Positions 63,408-64,000 of a DNA stretch of 64,000 bases are shown one piece after another. Source of the stretch: Fimbriosthenelais zetlandica (Eukaryota); the NCBI GenBank assembly GCA_977030845.1, contig OZ365118.1:1798001-1862000 (forward strand). The letters run 5' to 3'. The position numbers were made by a program, and so were the translations under genes. How positions within the stretch are numbered: position 1 is the stretch's first letter; each line of letters begins with the position of its first letter. Below the pieces are notes generated by a model. The model was not told the DNA's origin. It saw nothing but the letters and a program-made list of their open reading frames with translations, and did no database searches.

Positions 63408-64000
63408 GTATGTTACATTAAAAAACCACCCCTCAAAAATATAATCTGCAGGAATAGTTTTCCTGCATTCCTGGGCTCTATATTTTCTATCACAGGATGG
63501 TGATTTGAAATGGAAAGTATTTGGGTATTTTAAATATTGATTACCTAAGGTATTTTTGACCTAATATACCCCCGAAAAAAGATAAATCTGGGCCTTAACC
63601 CCCTCCCCCCCTCCCCCCCCCCCCCCCCATCTCATGCCCTCATCTCTCTGTAGTGTTCTCTCACGCCGCCAGGTGTCGGGGTGGATGTGCCCTCGTTGCC
63701 CGGCTAACACTTCACTCCGTGCCTGGCCTGTGTCAGGGTGTGTGAGGCGAGCCAGGTGCTTCACTGACGACAAATTAACATCCAATATCACTGACTGTCT
63801 AGTGTAGCCCGGCCACACTGAAACCATCCAATACATCCTCCCTCTAACATTAAACTCACTGAAAAACAACCCTAAAAAACGCCATGATTTCACATGACAA
63901 AAAACCATCAAGATCTCATAGCTTAACTAACATTAGATTTTAAGTTTTACGAATATCTTCACTCGAATTCTTCACAAATTGCACACGACTTGTCACTGAA

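Overview
This is eukaryotic (animal) genomic DNA, intron-rich and about 40% GC by eye. A lophotrochozoan invertebrate such as an annelid or mollusc is my inference from the protocadherin type; the sequence cannot prove the organism. The main feature is a + strand protocadherin gene. One large exon (coding 34242-37094) encodes a signal peptide, seven cadherin repeats, a transmembrane helix and the start of the tail. Three phase-compatible cytoplasmic exons follow (42977-43300 or 43324, 48324-48468, 49998-50905), giving about 1409 aa. Downstream, three more phase-compatible + strand exons (55646-56212, 58313-59027, 59496-60566) assemble into an unrecognised 780-aa protein that is low-complexity, His-rich and full of tandem repeats. 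The first 33 kb contain no credible protein-coding sequence. They hold regulatory-looking motif clusters, candidate non-coding exons, minisatellites, long poly-G/C tracts and transposon remnants. There is no rRNA, tRNA, CRISPR array or intact autonomous transposon. The best leads are the mixed delta1/delta2 motif set of the protocadherin, four exact CTCF-consensus matches (two inside coding exons), the orphan His-rich gene, a candidate divergent promoter with an antisense exon, and RFX X-boxes. Nothing here establishes a new system without transcript or chromatin data. All exon models come from manual splice-site and phase reading.
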